In this document: one piece after another, positions 10,693 through 21,301 of the stretch
Position numbering within the stretch: the stretch's first letter is position 1
Layout: every line of letters begins with the position of its first letter
Source: Patellaria atrata CBS 101060
Taxonomy: Eukaryota
DNA length: 64,000 nt
NCBI GenBank assembly: GCA_010093705.1
Contig: MU006105.1
Span: 411,960-475,959, forward strand
Reading direction: 5' to 3'
The notes under the pieces: generated by a model
What the model was told of the DNA's origin: nothing
What the model saw: the letters and a program-made list of their open reading frames with translations, nothing else
Databases searched by the model: none
Position numbers and translations under genes: made by a program

Positions 10693-11434
10693 TGTCGAGG
10701 TTCAATCTAGGCCTGGACCATTCTACTCCGAATATGAAATTTATCAATAAAGCGAAGGATTGTCCCCTCAGCCCGTCCTTGTAGGCCATTTTTCTATTTG
10801 AATACTCTGGTCGCACTCTAAAATTACTTTGCACACTCTGTAGCCGACAATTTTCAACCTACTACGTACTAAATCTTCTTTATCCTTAGTCAGCTCCGTG
10901 ATGTTACCTCAGCAAATTCCCGGAAAAGCGTGTGTCAATACAGTCAATTCCCTATTAATTAAGGAAGCCGAATCGGCTTAGTCACCAATTGGTCTAGTGA
11001 AATCTAAATTTATCTTCTGAGGTATTCTGTTCTACAATGCCTGAATTTTCATCTTTGAAGGCATTGAGCGATATCGTATTCGACTCACTGTATACTCGCT
11101 TGAGGCGCTACAATGAAGGTTGTCTACTATTCTTGTCGCCGATCTAACAATGTGTGCATGGGAAATAGGCCGCAACTTAGGTACTCATCAGCACTGAGCA
11201 GTTCAAAGAAAATCAATGAACAATGTCCTCAACTTTACTAGTACTTGCGAGTTGTGGAGTGTGGATCTTCTCGGAGGCAAGTCTGACGACAACTATACGG
11301 ATTGTGTCCGCTACCCCGTATTTGATACTGTTTCTTAGGGTCACAAATTATCATTGGTTCAAAATCGCTCACTGGCAGTTGGGCAGAGGTATTAAAAAAA
11401 CAACGCAAGGTCGGGTTGAGCAAACTTATTATAT

Positions 11435-14026
11435 GTGTTCGGACAAGGACCACAGCGAAGTACAGTACAATCGCTTCGCTATGTATTTCTATTGGTCCTA
11501 ATAGTATCTCAGCGAATCCAACACAAACATGGCTTGCAGAGACTTCCATGCACACCGCTGCCAATCTGGAACTGTCAGGCGAAGGTCAGTCTCGTTCGGT
11601 TTGACAATATTAGCATTATTGCTACCTCCAGTATTCACTCGAAATCTTCGCATGACATCCAAGTCGAAGTCGAAAGATTTGGAGTTCTGGTGCACGAGAA
11701 GCCTCAAGCACAAATAGACGATACTAAAGAAGACATGCCGTGGCATCCCGCTTGTAAATCGAATGCCCCTCTCTCCTTTCCTAGTTTAGACGACTATCAT
11801 TCAGGTTTAAGAGACAGCGAGACTCTTCGGAATAGTGCTTGGTCCAGCAGTCAAATTTACTCACCAGATGAAATCTCCCGAATGATTGAAGAATTATCTC
11901 GCCGTTCTGAGCATCATCAGCAGCATGATCTTTGTAATAGGTGCAACAAGATTCCTTTCTATAACATACCTTCAAGGCACTTTGGTCGAACTTCCGGAAA
12001 AATACTCATAACACTTGGAATCATCTCTCCAAAGGATCTAATGTCACCCTGTGCATTTTGTGCTTTCATTGCGGCGGTACGATTTTCGGCTCGCCCGCAA
12101 CAACCTGTTCCAGAAGACCGAATTTTTGTTCTCTACGGGTTTGAAACGCAAACCTCCTCCAAGTCATTTCTTCCCTCACTTGCTATTATACCTTGCCCAG
12201 AGCAGCCAGTTGGGTATATTGCAGAACAAATTGAATTACATCCTTTTGTGAACCCCTTTTTGGTTCAGGATAATCGCCCCTATATCCAGGAAATGATAGA
12301 CATATTTGGCTACGTAGACGTTATAAATGCATCAAATGAAGACGTTCGAAATATTTCGGAATGCATTATTCAACGTGATACTGTCAACACCGGATGGATT
12401 GAAATATGGTTGGAACAATGTCGTCTTAAACACAAAGGAACATGTGCTAAAAAAGAAACAATTTGTCTCCCCTTTCTTCGGCTTATTGATTGCGAAACAC
12501 GAGTGATAAAAGGGCCATCTAGTGACGAGACCCCCAAGTATTTGGCTCTAAGTTATGTTTGGGGCGCAATGACAACTTCTCAGTCCTCTGGGGGTTCGAG
12601 ATCAATCATCAATGGTGCAAAACTGGGTAAGTTGCCACCGGTTGGCTCATTACCAAAAGTAATTGAAGATGCTATCAGCATTACAAAAACGCTGGGGCAT
12701 AGATATTTATGGATCGACCAATACTGCATAGACCAGGAGGATGGGGATGACATTAAAGTAAACCTTTCATCTATGCATCTTATCTACGGCACCGCCTCTA
12801 TTACCTTGATTGCAGCTGCTGGTAAAGATCAAACTTTTGGATTACCGGGAGTTGGACAAAGACTCAGAAGTTTCCAACCCGTGACTCGAATTGGGAAACT
12901 CGGGTTTATCTCCTTAGGCCCAGCACCCAAACGCTGGATTGACACGTCAAAGTACATGACAAGAGGCTGGACATATCAGGAAGGATTATTCTCTCGTCGA
13001 AAGATATTTTTTACGGAGTATCAAGTCTACGTTGAGTGTCGATCTGCGCATTGTAGTGAAGCACTTGTGTATTTGAGAAGTTGCTGGAACACGAACTCGA
13101 TCGAAAGCATATTTCCCGATCCATGCAGTGACCCATTGCGTCTGATCGAGGAGTATACACAAAGGTCTCTCTCGTATGACTCTGATGCGCTCAATGGGTT
13201 ACTGGGCGTTCTAGGCATGCTGAAATCATTGGAACTACCCATTCTGCATCACTGGGGAATTCCAGCAGTCTTGAACTCACTCTGGCCTAGATTAGATCCA
13301 TCTAAAACTCGGCGCGAATGCAACCCCGTCGCAGGGTTTATCAAAGGGCTCTCGTGGTTTCACACTCAGACTGCAATGCGGAGAGAAGCATTCCCGAGCT
13401 GGTCATGGGCTGGCTGGAGGGGAGGTATTAGATATTATAGTTGGAATCCAACGCTGCAAAATTTATCTGACCTACCAATCTTCATAGAGACTGAAAGCGG
13501 ATCCTTGGTCGATTGGAATCAGTATTACAATGATTATGATAAAACGCGGGTGGAGTATAACGATAGTGATCTGTCTCCAGTGTTAACTATAGATGTGGAC
13601 ACAATCGATCTATATTTCATACCCAAAGGAGAATCAAATCATACTTCGATACATTGGTACGTGAATTTACCATGTCTCTCCGGGGATCTTCAATCGGCCC
13701 CGAAGCATAAGTTTTACCCTTCAATACAGCTTCAAGAGGACCGCCCCTTCCATTCCGGGGAAAAGAACTGGACCGGCATCTTACTTGATAATGATCAACT
13801 GCTGAGCGGGAATCGAGTCGTACCCCCAATCCTAGTCGTAGACCTAAGCGAAGAGGTTGCGATTAGGGTCGGGATCGTTCTTTACTATCATAGCCTTCCG
13901 GAGCTTACGACCAGAGTAAATGATTACCATATTGCTCTTAGCAGTTCAGGGGGGAAAGACCTAGTACTCTCTTCGGAGAAGAACTCCCATAAGTATGTAA
14001 CCCGGAGAAGAATCCGTCTTGGTTAG
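11435..14026 (+). CDS. HET-domain (heterokaryon incompatibility) protein
   Basis: RLIDC, YLALSYVWG, LPKVIEDAI, LGHRYLWIDQYCIDQ, MHLIYG, TRGWTYQE and FPSWSWAGW. The true start is probably a downstream ATG. Confidence 0.92.
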   Translation: MFGQGPQRSTVQSLRYVFLLVLIVSQRIQHKHGLQRLPCTPLPIWNCQAKVSLVRFDNISIIATSSIHSKSSHDIQVEVERFGVLVHEKPQAQIDDTKEDMPWHPACKSNAPLSFPSLDDYHSGLRDSETLRNSAWSSSQIYSPDEISRMIEELSRRSEHHQQHDLCNRCNKIPFYNIPSRHFGRTSGKILITLGIISPKDLMSPCAFCAFIAAVRFSARPQQPVPEDRIFVLYGFETQTSSKSFLPSLAIIPCPEQPVGYIAEQIELHPFVNPFLVQDNRPYIQEMIDIFGYVDVINASNEDVRNISECIIQRDTVNTGWIEIWLEQCRLKHKGTCAKKETICLPFLRLIDCETRVIKGPSSDETPKYLALSYVWGAMTTSQSSGGSRSIINGAKLGKLPPVGSLPKVIEDAISITKTLGHRYLWIDQYCIDQEDGDDIKVNLSSMHLIYGTASITLIAAAGKDQTFGLPGVGQRLRSFQPVTRIGKLGFISLGPAPKRWIDTSKYMTRGWTYQEGLFSRRKIFFTEYQVYVECRSAHCSEALVYLRSCWNTNSIESIFPDPCSDPLRLIEEYTQRSLSYDSDALNGLLGVLGMLKSLELPILHHWGIPAVLNSLWPRLDPSKTRRECNPVAGFIKGLSWFHTQTAMRREAFPSWSWAGWRGGIRYYSWNPTLQNLSDLPIFIETESGSLVDWNQYYNDYDKTRVEYNDSDLSPVLTIDVDTIDLYFIPKGESNHTSIHWYVNLPCLSGDLQSAPKHKFYPSIQLQEDRPFHSGEKNWTGILLDNDQLLSGNRVVPPILVVDLSEEVAIRVGIVLYYHSLPELTTRVNDYHIALSSSGGKDLVLSSEKNSHKYVTRRRIRLG

Positions 14027-14350
14027 GGGTATTTCTCCGGAGTTTACGACTTCTAAGGGCGTAGAGACTGTTTAGAAATCTCTATTCACATTGAGGGCTA
14101 ATTCTCCCTGATGTGTAGATGGGGCTTCAAGGGATTCTTTCTTTACAGTCTTGCTGTTACCATCTTGTCCAAATTTCCTGATAGGTTTTTGTGTTTCTTT
14201 TCTTAATTTTATATTACTACATTTCATTGGAGAAGCTTCGTTTTTTCTTTCTTTAAACACTCTCTTTTCAACTTCACTCCTTCTTTCTATGTGATAACCA
14301 ACAATATTATCATTCTTCATATTTATATACAAGTCAATGCTATGCGTTCT

Positions 14351-15137
14351 TTAAGACATCATGTCGTAATCTGAGATGCGGAGCTCCTGATCGGGATCGA
14401 CGTTCTCCACATTCTGGGGCGTTTTTAGACTCTCGGTCTCTAGGCATGGTATATCTAAAGTGTCCCAATGGACACAAATCGAGGGCTTCGAATGTGACGA
14501 AACAACATGAGTTTCTGCTATTTGTGGATAAAGATATTGTAAAACACACTTTTTCCCAATTTCCTGACGGACAAAAATTGCTCCATCATACATTTTCCCA
14601 TACACTCCTATGACGATGTTAGTCCATAAAATCTTTCCACTCATTGTTATCCTCATCGAGAATGCAACTTCGCCAGTACAGACTAATAGAACTTAAATCA
14701 CCACATAATTGAGCGCTTTTCATACACCGCCGAGATAAAGCGACAACATACTGATGTTCTCTGAAACCCCCTATCCGACCAGGTTCCATATGGTAGTGGT
14801 GAGTCTCCCTTGTTAGTAATCATACGGTAACCGTGTCTTCGATTAGGGATGTCTTCTAGCTGGTAGGACACAACTTCCATTTTGGGTCTATATAGTACTC
14901 GGGAACGTGCAAAAGGAAATCGAGGCGCTCAATGAAAGTAAGCCTTCTCACAGCGGATATGCAGTCGATGTGGAGATGGGAGCGCAGATCCCTGAATGTC
15001 TGAGAGAGGAGCATCTTACAATACAAGGAGAGTGAGTTTAGGATAAGTGAGAAGACTTCCAAGGGTAGGTTGAGCAGTCCTGAATTCTGTTTGGGCAATT
15101 CCAAATTCTGTTCTGAAACCCGTTTGAGTGATTTCAT
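14351..15137 (-). pseudogene. Degenerate F-box protein gene
   Basis: F-box-like LLNLPLEVFSLILNSL...LSQTFRDLR. The downstream part is broken into three short ORFs with no clear introns. Confidence 0.55.
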
Positions 15138-15328
15138 GCCCTATTGTTAGATGGTGGAGCTATCGGGGTGTTGATTCTTGTGGTAACCAGGGGTAGTGAG
15201 CTAGTCGCTTATACCACCACAATTACGGTATCGTCGTAACCTAGGGTTTCTAAACTAACATAACACTATCTTTAGTTCTTGTGTTGGTGCTATTTTCGTT
15301 ATTTTCTGAGACATAGATTTCATACTGT

Positions 15329-15492
15329 TGTAACAGGCTAGAGCCTAGTGGTATGAGCGCGCCCTGCATCCGAAGATCAGCCAGTAATATTTTCCTCAAA
15401 CCTGCCTTTAGACTCTTCTCTTCTTCTTTATCTTGATTGTAGATAGCATCTGGACTAGATAGTTGGAACACAATTACTAGAGGCCGCTCACA
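15329..15492 (+). mobile_element. Solo LTR, family A, second copy (164 bp)
   Basis: TGTAAC...CTCACA with 5-bp TSD ACTGT (15324-15328, 15493-15497). Roughly 90% identical by eye to the reverse complement of 2481-2643. Confidence 0.92.
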
Positions 15493-17534
15493 ACTGTTCC
15501 GTCCGTTTTAGTACACACCTGCAGTATATAACAGCTAGATAGAACCTCTCTTTTGAGAATCGAGCGACATATTCCATGCACCTGCAGATCCAGTTTATCT
15601 AATACCTATTCAAACGATTCTGAGCCTCGATCAAGTAATCTGAGTAATTTCGTGTCCCTTACAAGTAGGATTGTGTCCTGATTTAAAGGACGTCTCGAAC
15701 CGCTCATATATATCCAAATCCGAGCCCTCCATAAGGAAGATTGATTTGTCTAGAAGGAATTTCCAGGTCTGCGTAGTTCCATCAAATGCTAAGGTCCGTC
15801 CACGTAGTCTCGAACTTGACTAAAGTATCCTTCCTCTTAATAAGATAAACAATTTGACTATTAGTTGGGGTAAGGACATATTTGAGCGTTGTGAAAGACA
15901 TTATTAAAGATATAACTACGTACGTCCTATAAATACTTTTACAGTGCAGGATAGATGCTGCAGAGTAGTACTTTTTTTCAGTACGCTCTTTGATTTTGAG
16001 AATGTTATTGAAAATATATCTTTTGGGTTTTCAGATTAGTGGGAAGATAAATTTTTTTAAAGTAATTTATATGATAACACCAGAGCCTTACCGTGGTTCA
16101 AGTCACTTTGTCAATTCATAATGGAGCCGTGGTTGGAACATTGTTATATCTATACCTTCTTAACACAATGGTCAAATACACGAGACTTTCGATTAAAAAG
16201 TGCGATCACGTAACCATTATGAAGATTTCAAATTGTATTAACGTTAAACATTCTACGAATAGTATACCTAAATTTATACTGTTTTCACCTATCTGCTCCT
16301 CTAGCTTTTCTTTTATCATGCGTTTCTATCATCAATACAAGGTCCTGTTTCTCGCTGTCCTTGAGTTTGAATTGTTCCATTTCCTAACAGCTCTCTTCTT
16401 CTCCCAAAAGATTATTTACCCTTCTCAGTGGCAGCAAATATCCAACCCCTGATTACGGCATTAGGATTTCCCACTTTCAAATCACCCTATACTAGAGTTA
16501 ACATGTAAATTCTCGTGCTTATATGAACTCTACTAAATCAATCCCCATTCTCCATTCTCTACCCTCGTACTATAACCCTCAACTCTGCATAGTTGAAAAG
16601 CTCTACCAGTCTCGGCCGCAATCTTAACTATGCCCTACATCTCTGCTTTATCCTCCCTTACTTTCCACTCTGTAATAACTCGTTTTCCCGTCTACATATT
16701 CTCCTACAGATCTTCTTCTCCTATCAGGCCCTCTCTCTATGAACTCCCTACCCAACACCTCCTCTCCGACCAAAATCCCCTGGCCTCCTCACCTCACCCA
16801 CCTCATCTTCCCCAACCTCTCTACAGTTCCCATAACTCAGCAGACACTTACCAAATATCCCCCCAAAACACCTGCACCTCTCTGCGACACTATACCAACC
16901 CTCCAACCCTCGCGTCCCTTCATCGTCCCTCTCCAGACCCAAAACCAAACCCCCTTTCCCACCCCGCCAACACCTCCAATCCCCACCCCAATCAGCGCCA
17001 CCATTCACCCCGGGTGCGGTGGTCTCCTACAACCGCTTCATATTCCATGATCATCTCTATTGACACATAGATTCTGACCCTCGTCTCCCGTATCCCGCCA
17101 AAACACCACTACAACCCTAACTATCCCCAACTCTCAAAATTATAAACCAAACACCTAACACTACCATCACCTCGCCCAACGAAGCGACAGCGGACCTGCA
17201 AATTAGAAATTCCACAATCAAATGGATCACTATTCCTTGCATTCCCTATAATAGACTTAAGTTTAAAGAGGATTCGTCGGGATAGCAAGATTCACGATCA
17301 AGGACAGGGTATCAGAAGATGATGAAGTAGAGAGGTCCCTGTTCCTGTTCCGCCTGTTCCTGTTCCGGGGAGAGATATATACAAAACACATAATAGCATG
17401 AGAAAAGCCGCTTTCGCATCCCAAGTATCCCAAACAAGCGCAAAGACAATTCCACCCGTCCCTCCCAACCCAACCCAGTATTCCGAACAAAAGACCCATC
17501 CGAATCCCATCTCCGCCACTGCCCTCACCATCCC

Positions 17535-20471
17535 TCAACCACCCACAACCATTAACTCCGCGCCCACACCGGCAACATAACACACAACCCCGGCGCCAAG
17601 CACCAACCTAACAATCCTCCACGCCCTCCTTCTCCCCGCCTCTCCCTCCCCTCTGACCCCCGAAGACACCTCCTCAGTCCTCTTAACCCCCTCCCTATAA
17701 GGCGGCGGCGGCGGCAGAAAAGAATCATAATTCACGAACCCAGTCGGGGACGCGAAATTTCCAATTGGCGGGAGATGGAGAGGATATGCCGTCGTGCCGT
17801 CGATCGGGTTGAGGTATTTCTTCCTGTGCTGCACTTCACGGGCTACGTCCTGGACCTCGTCCGCCGCCTTCTCCGCTTCTCGTGCTTGCTTCTCCTTGTC
17901 GGTTTGGTTTTCGAGGTTGGGAGTTGGCTCAACAGGGGGAACCCATGATTCGGGTATGCGGAGCACGAGTTGGTGTTTCCCGGCCCAGATGATCTCGAAC
18001 GGGACGTCGGGGAGGCGTTTGATGAATACCTCCGGCTTGGCGAATTGCTGGAGCGCTTTTACTAGGTCGGTTGGTGTGGTTGGGTGGTGGGCCCTTGAGA
18101 ACTTGCGGGTGTTGCTCGTGCTGATGGCGCCGCTTTCGGGGTCGACGGTGATGCGGTAGACGTTGTAAGGATGGGATTTGGGCCTCGTGGGTTTATCTTC
18201 TATTTGAGTTGGAGCGGTAGTTGTTGGCGTGGTTGCTGATTGTACGAAAGTTTGCGTGGGTTCTGTAGGGTTGGTTGTGGAGGTTACTCCTTTCGGTTGT
18301 GGTTCAATTAATGCTCGATTCGTAGGTTCGGGCTCAGGGGCTTTGCTTGTAAATGTTGAAGCCTCCTTAATGTTTTGGTCCCGCAAATGAAGTGCCTTTA
18401 TTTTAACGAGAAACTCGTCAACCTTTTCTCTTGAGAGCGGTTCATTATCCACCTGTTCTACCATTTTACTCACGTTCTTCGTCAAATTTTCACTCATCTT
18501 CCCCAAGGAGTCTGCTTCGGTAGAGATATGCGGTGATTTCTCTCTAGATGCTAGATTCCGACTTTCAGCTCGCATCCGTTCCTCGTCCTCTCGGGTTCCT
18601 GAAAACCATTGCATATTTGGAAGTGCATAGGCCTGCGTATCAAATCGCTTCCAATTAGGATTAATGTCAGGTCTGTTCGTAACTGGACTATCATTTGAAA
18701 TTTCAGTATCTGCCGCTTTCTGCGGTTCGATCACAACGGTCTCAAGTTCCACATCCTCAGGCGGTTCCTGATGTGCCTTCTCAGATACCCTTTCAAGGGC
18801 TCCTCTTCTCTCGATCTTCTCTGATTCCGTCTCCTTCATATCTCTGGAAGTCTTCATCGATGCTCTAACATCACTGGGACGTAATAGATCGATATCATCC
18901 TCCCGTAGCTGTAGTTTTGGTCTTATATTGGTCTCTGCTTTACTACTAGCTGTAGAGTTCGTTCTGTCGAGACTAGTTTCAAGTACTGTATTCGAGTTCT
19001 CCCTGTTAATAGGAATGTTCAATCTTTGATGAACGAATTTGACAAGTGGACTCGGTTCTTTGCGGGTGGGAGGTTTGGATATCTCCTTTTCTTCGAGGGG
19101 AGCCTCGGATTTCTCCTTCTGTCTTTGCTCGTAGTCTTTATAAGCAAGCTCTTCTAACTCCTTAAACATAGACCATATAGACTGGTTACCATCGTCTTTG
19201 ACCGTGGGTACCTCAGTAGTTTCGGTCTTTGTAGAAGTTGTATAGCTTTCGTGATCTTCCATACCAGAGGAGACAGGTTCATAGTACCGCTCATTCATTT
19301 CATGAACATCCTTTATCTCGAAAGATTTATCGGAATTGGATTTTGTGTCCTTCTTTTGAGCTTGGACATCTGCCAGAGCTTCCGCTATTCCAGGAGTAAT
19401 GGAATTCGTCTGCCCTGAAGCTTGTGACGCATTGACTTTATCCGAATTCGGCTCCTCGACAAGCTGACTTGATTGTGTTTCGGATCTTTTGAGCTCATAA
19501 TAGTGATCCCTTATTTTGAAGTACCATGGTTCCAACTCTTTCTCGCACTGCCAAGTTCCTCTTTGAGTACGCTCAGCTGCTAATAACCATTTCTTCATTG
19601 CGGGTAAATCTTCAGATTCTATTATCTTTGGTGCATCTTCCATCAGGGACCTTGTGAGAGGATCTATGGTGTGTTTCGGTCTCAAAGGTTTGACGGGGAT
19701 GTCGATGGCTTCATTAGAGGTTTTCATTTCTGGTGCAGAGTCTATTTCAGGAGTGTCGGTACTCTTAATCACCATTCGGTTACTGACGGGATCGTATTCA
19801 AAACCATCAAGTCCAGATGATGAATCTTGGGTGGCACTTTGTGCCTGTCCAGTAGCCTTAACTCGAGGGTCCTCTTTTTCATTGTCACTATTCCTTCTCT
19901 CCACAGAGTCTTGATCAATCTTCTTATCCACTTCCACAGCTTTCCTCTTTCCCTCATTGAAGCTTGCCATCTGACTAATCCAACTTCCCAGTCCAAACGC
20001 CCCTAAGCCCTTCGTCTCCAACCGCTTTTCCCACTCCTCGCATTTCTTATTTAAATCATACGCCCGTTGTCTCCACAACTTTTCTCTCTTACTCAACTCA
20101 AAAGGAAAGTCCTTATCCCCATCTTCCCCTTTCGTACCCGGGACATAGGTTCCCGGCTTTATCCACCACTGGCTGGTCCTCCCACCTGGGCCGCACGCAT
20201 ACCAACCCCATCCTCGAGGTCCTCGCGGTTCTCGACGCTGTTCAAGTGCTTCTCGTAATTTAGTTTCGTCTCTACGGACGGATTTCTCGATGCGGGAGGT
20301 GAGGCGACTGAGGGGATCAATGTGACGGTTCCACCAAGAGAAGGAGCGAGCCTGGCGCCGAGGCAAGATGACAGTGAGAGAAGATCTGGGATGTAAGGTG
20401 GAAGTTCGGGAGATGCGGATGAGAGATGAGGAGACTTTGGTTCTAGCGCGAGGGAGATGGGAGACCGTCAT
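17535..20471 (-). CDS. Fungal hypothetical protein (978 aa) with a C-terminal membrane anchor, possibly mitochondrial
   Basis: Long intronless ORF. The R/S-rich, acid-free N-terminus resembles a presequence. Motifs YDPVSNRM, DDIDLLRPSDVRA and NPIDGT...GNFASPTGFVNY. Terminal hydrophobic segment. Confidence 0.8.
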   Translation of the reverse strand: MTVSHLPRARTKVSSSLIRISRTSTLHPRSSLTVILPRRQARSFSWWNRHIDPLSRLTSRIEKSVRRDETKLREALEQRREPRGPRGWGWYACGPGGRTSQWWIKPGTYVPGTKGEDGDKDFPFELSKREKLWRQRAYDLNKKCEEWEKRLETKGLGAFGLGSWISQMASFNEGKRKAVEVDKKIDQDSVERRNSDNEKEDPRVKATGQAQSATQDSSSGLDGFEYDPVSNRMVIKSTDTPEIDSAPEMKTSNEAIDIPVKPLRPKHTIDPLTRSLMEDAPKIIESEDLPAMKKWLLAAERTQRGTWQCEKELEPWYFKIRDHYYELKRSETQSSQLVEEPNSDKVNASQASGQTNSITPGIAEALADVQAQKKDTKSNSDKSFEIKDVHEMNERYYEPVSSGMEDHESYTTSTKTETTEVPTVKDDGNQSIWSMFKELEELAYKDYEQRQKEKSEAPLEEKEISKPPTRKEPSPLVKFVHQRLNIPINRENSNTVLETSLDRTNSTASSKAETNIRPKLQLREDDIDLLRPSDVRASMKTSRDMKETESEKIERRGALERVSEKAHQEPPEDVELETVVIEPQKAADTEISNDSPVTNRPDINPNWKRFDTQAYALPNMQWFSGTREDEERMRAESRNLASREKSPHISTEADSLGKMSENLTKNVSKMVEQVDNEPLSREKVDEFLVKIKALHLRDQNIKEASTFTSKAPEPEPTNRALIEPQPKGVTSTTNPTEPTQTFVQSATTPTTTAPTQIEDKPTRPKSHPYNVYRITVDPESGAISTSNTRKFSRAHHPTTPTDLVKALQQFAKPEVFIKRLPDVPFEIIWAGKHQLVLRIPESWVPPVEPTPNLENQTDKEKQAREAEKAADEVQDVAREVQHRKKYLNPIDGTTAYPLHLPPIGNFASPTGFVNYDSFLPPPPPYREGVKRTEEVSSGVRGEGEAGRRRAWRIVRLVLGAGVVCYVAGVGAELMVVGG

Positions 20472-21301
20472 GTTACTGCAAGGTTTGGATGACTGGGTAG
20501 CTGCGATGAGATACTCAGATGGTAGATTGTCAGTCTAGCACATCTAAGACAATAATCCAGATGGTTTAAATGGTCATGCTAGATGTTGAATTGAGTGTTA
20601 GTTCTGAAGCTCTCGAAGGCGGCTGACGTGGGGCTGCTCTCATAAGTATGACACGCCTCAGATCTAGTGTGACGCAAGTGGGGGCGAGATGTGTACTTGT
20701 AGAAGCTCAGTTCGCCGTGTAGGTATGGTTATAAAGCCAGGAAGATGACTAGATGAGTGATAATACGATGTTTTAATTAAAGGAGAATATTTGAAAACGC
20801 GAAGGAGTTGAGGAGGGTAGAAAGAAGATGTTGTTGTATCACGAGAGGGGTCTGTGGGGCATACAAATGATACAACTAGAGCTACGTTTATGATCTTGTT
20901 ATCGGTCTGGCTAACCCAATCTAGCGCTTACCATACCACCAACTTTAAACTCTTACAGTAGTTTAGGTTGAACCCCGCCTTGAGTAGTATATGCACCCCA
21001 CGTACCCCGGTACTTGGCACAATAACAATGATCAAGTCACATACTCCGTACTTGTTCCACAATAATGCTCATGTTCAATAAATGTTGTCATCATTCTTCA
21101 AAACACTATTCCGCGAGTAAAATACATTTTCTTGGTCCGTTGTGGCCCTCCGTCACATCAGAAGGAACTCCTTACGCCCCTAGATAAGGGTGAAATTAGA
21201 AAGCAAGATGCGTCATTCCATCAGACGCTGGTAGTTCACAGTACAAATCGACAAGATCCCCAGGAGTTTTCTCTCGAATCGCCATTAAAAAAAATACCTT
21301 A

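Noticed and set aside
2481..15492. The two family-A repeats as the ends of one 13-kb mobile element
   Set aside because: Each copy has its own complete and different 5-bp TSD, so they are independent solo LTRs.
16630..17583. Several Pro-rich and Gly-rich ORFs on both strands
   Set aside because: Explained by extreme C/G strand skew, which suppresses stop codons; no recognisable domain or consistent splice model. A small gene cannot be fully excluded.
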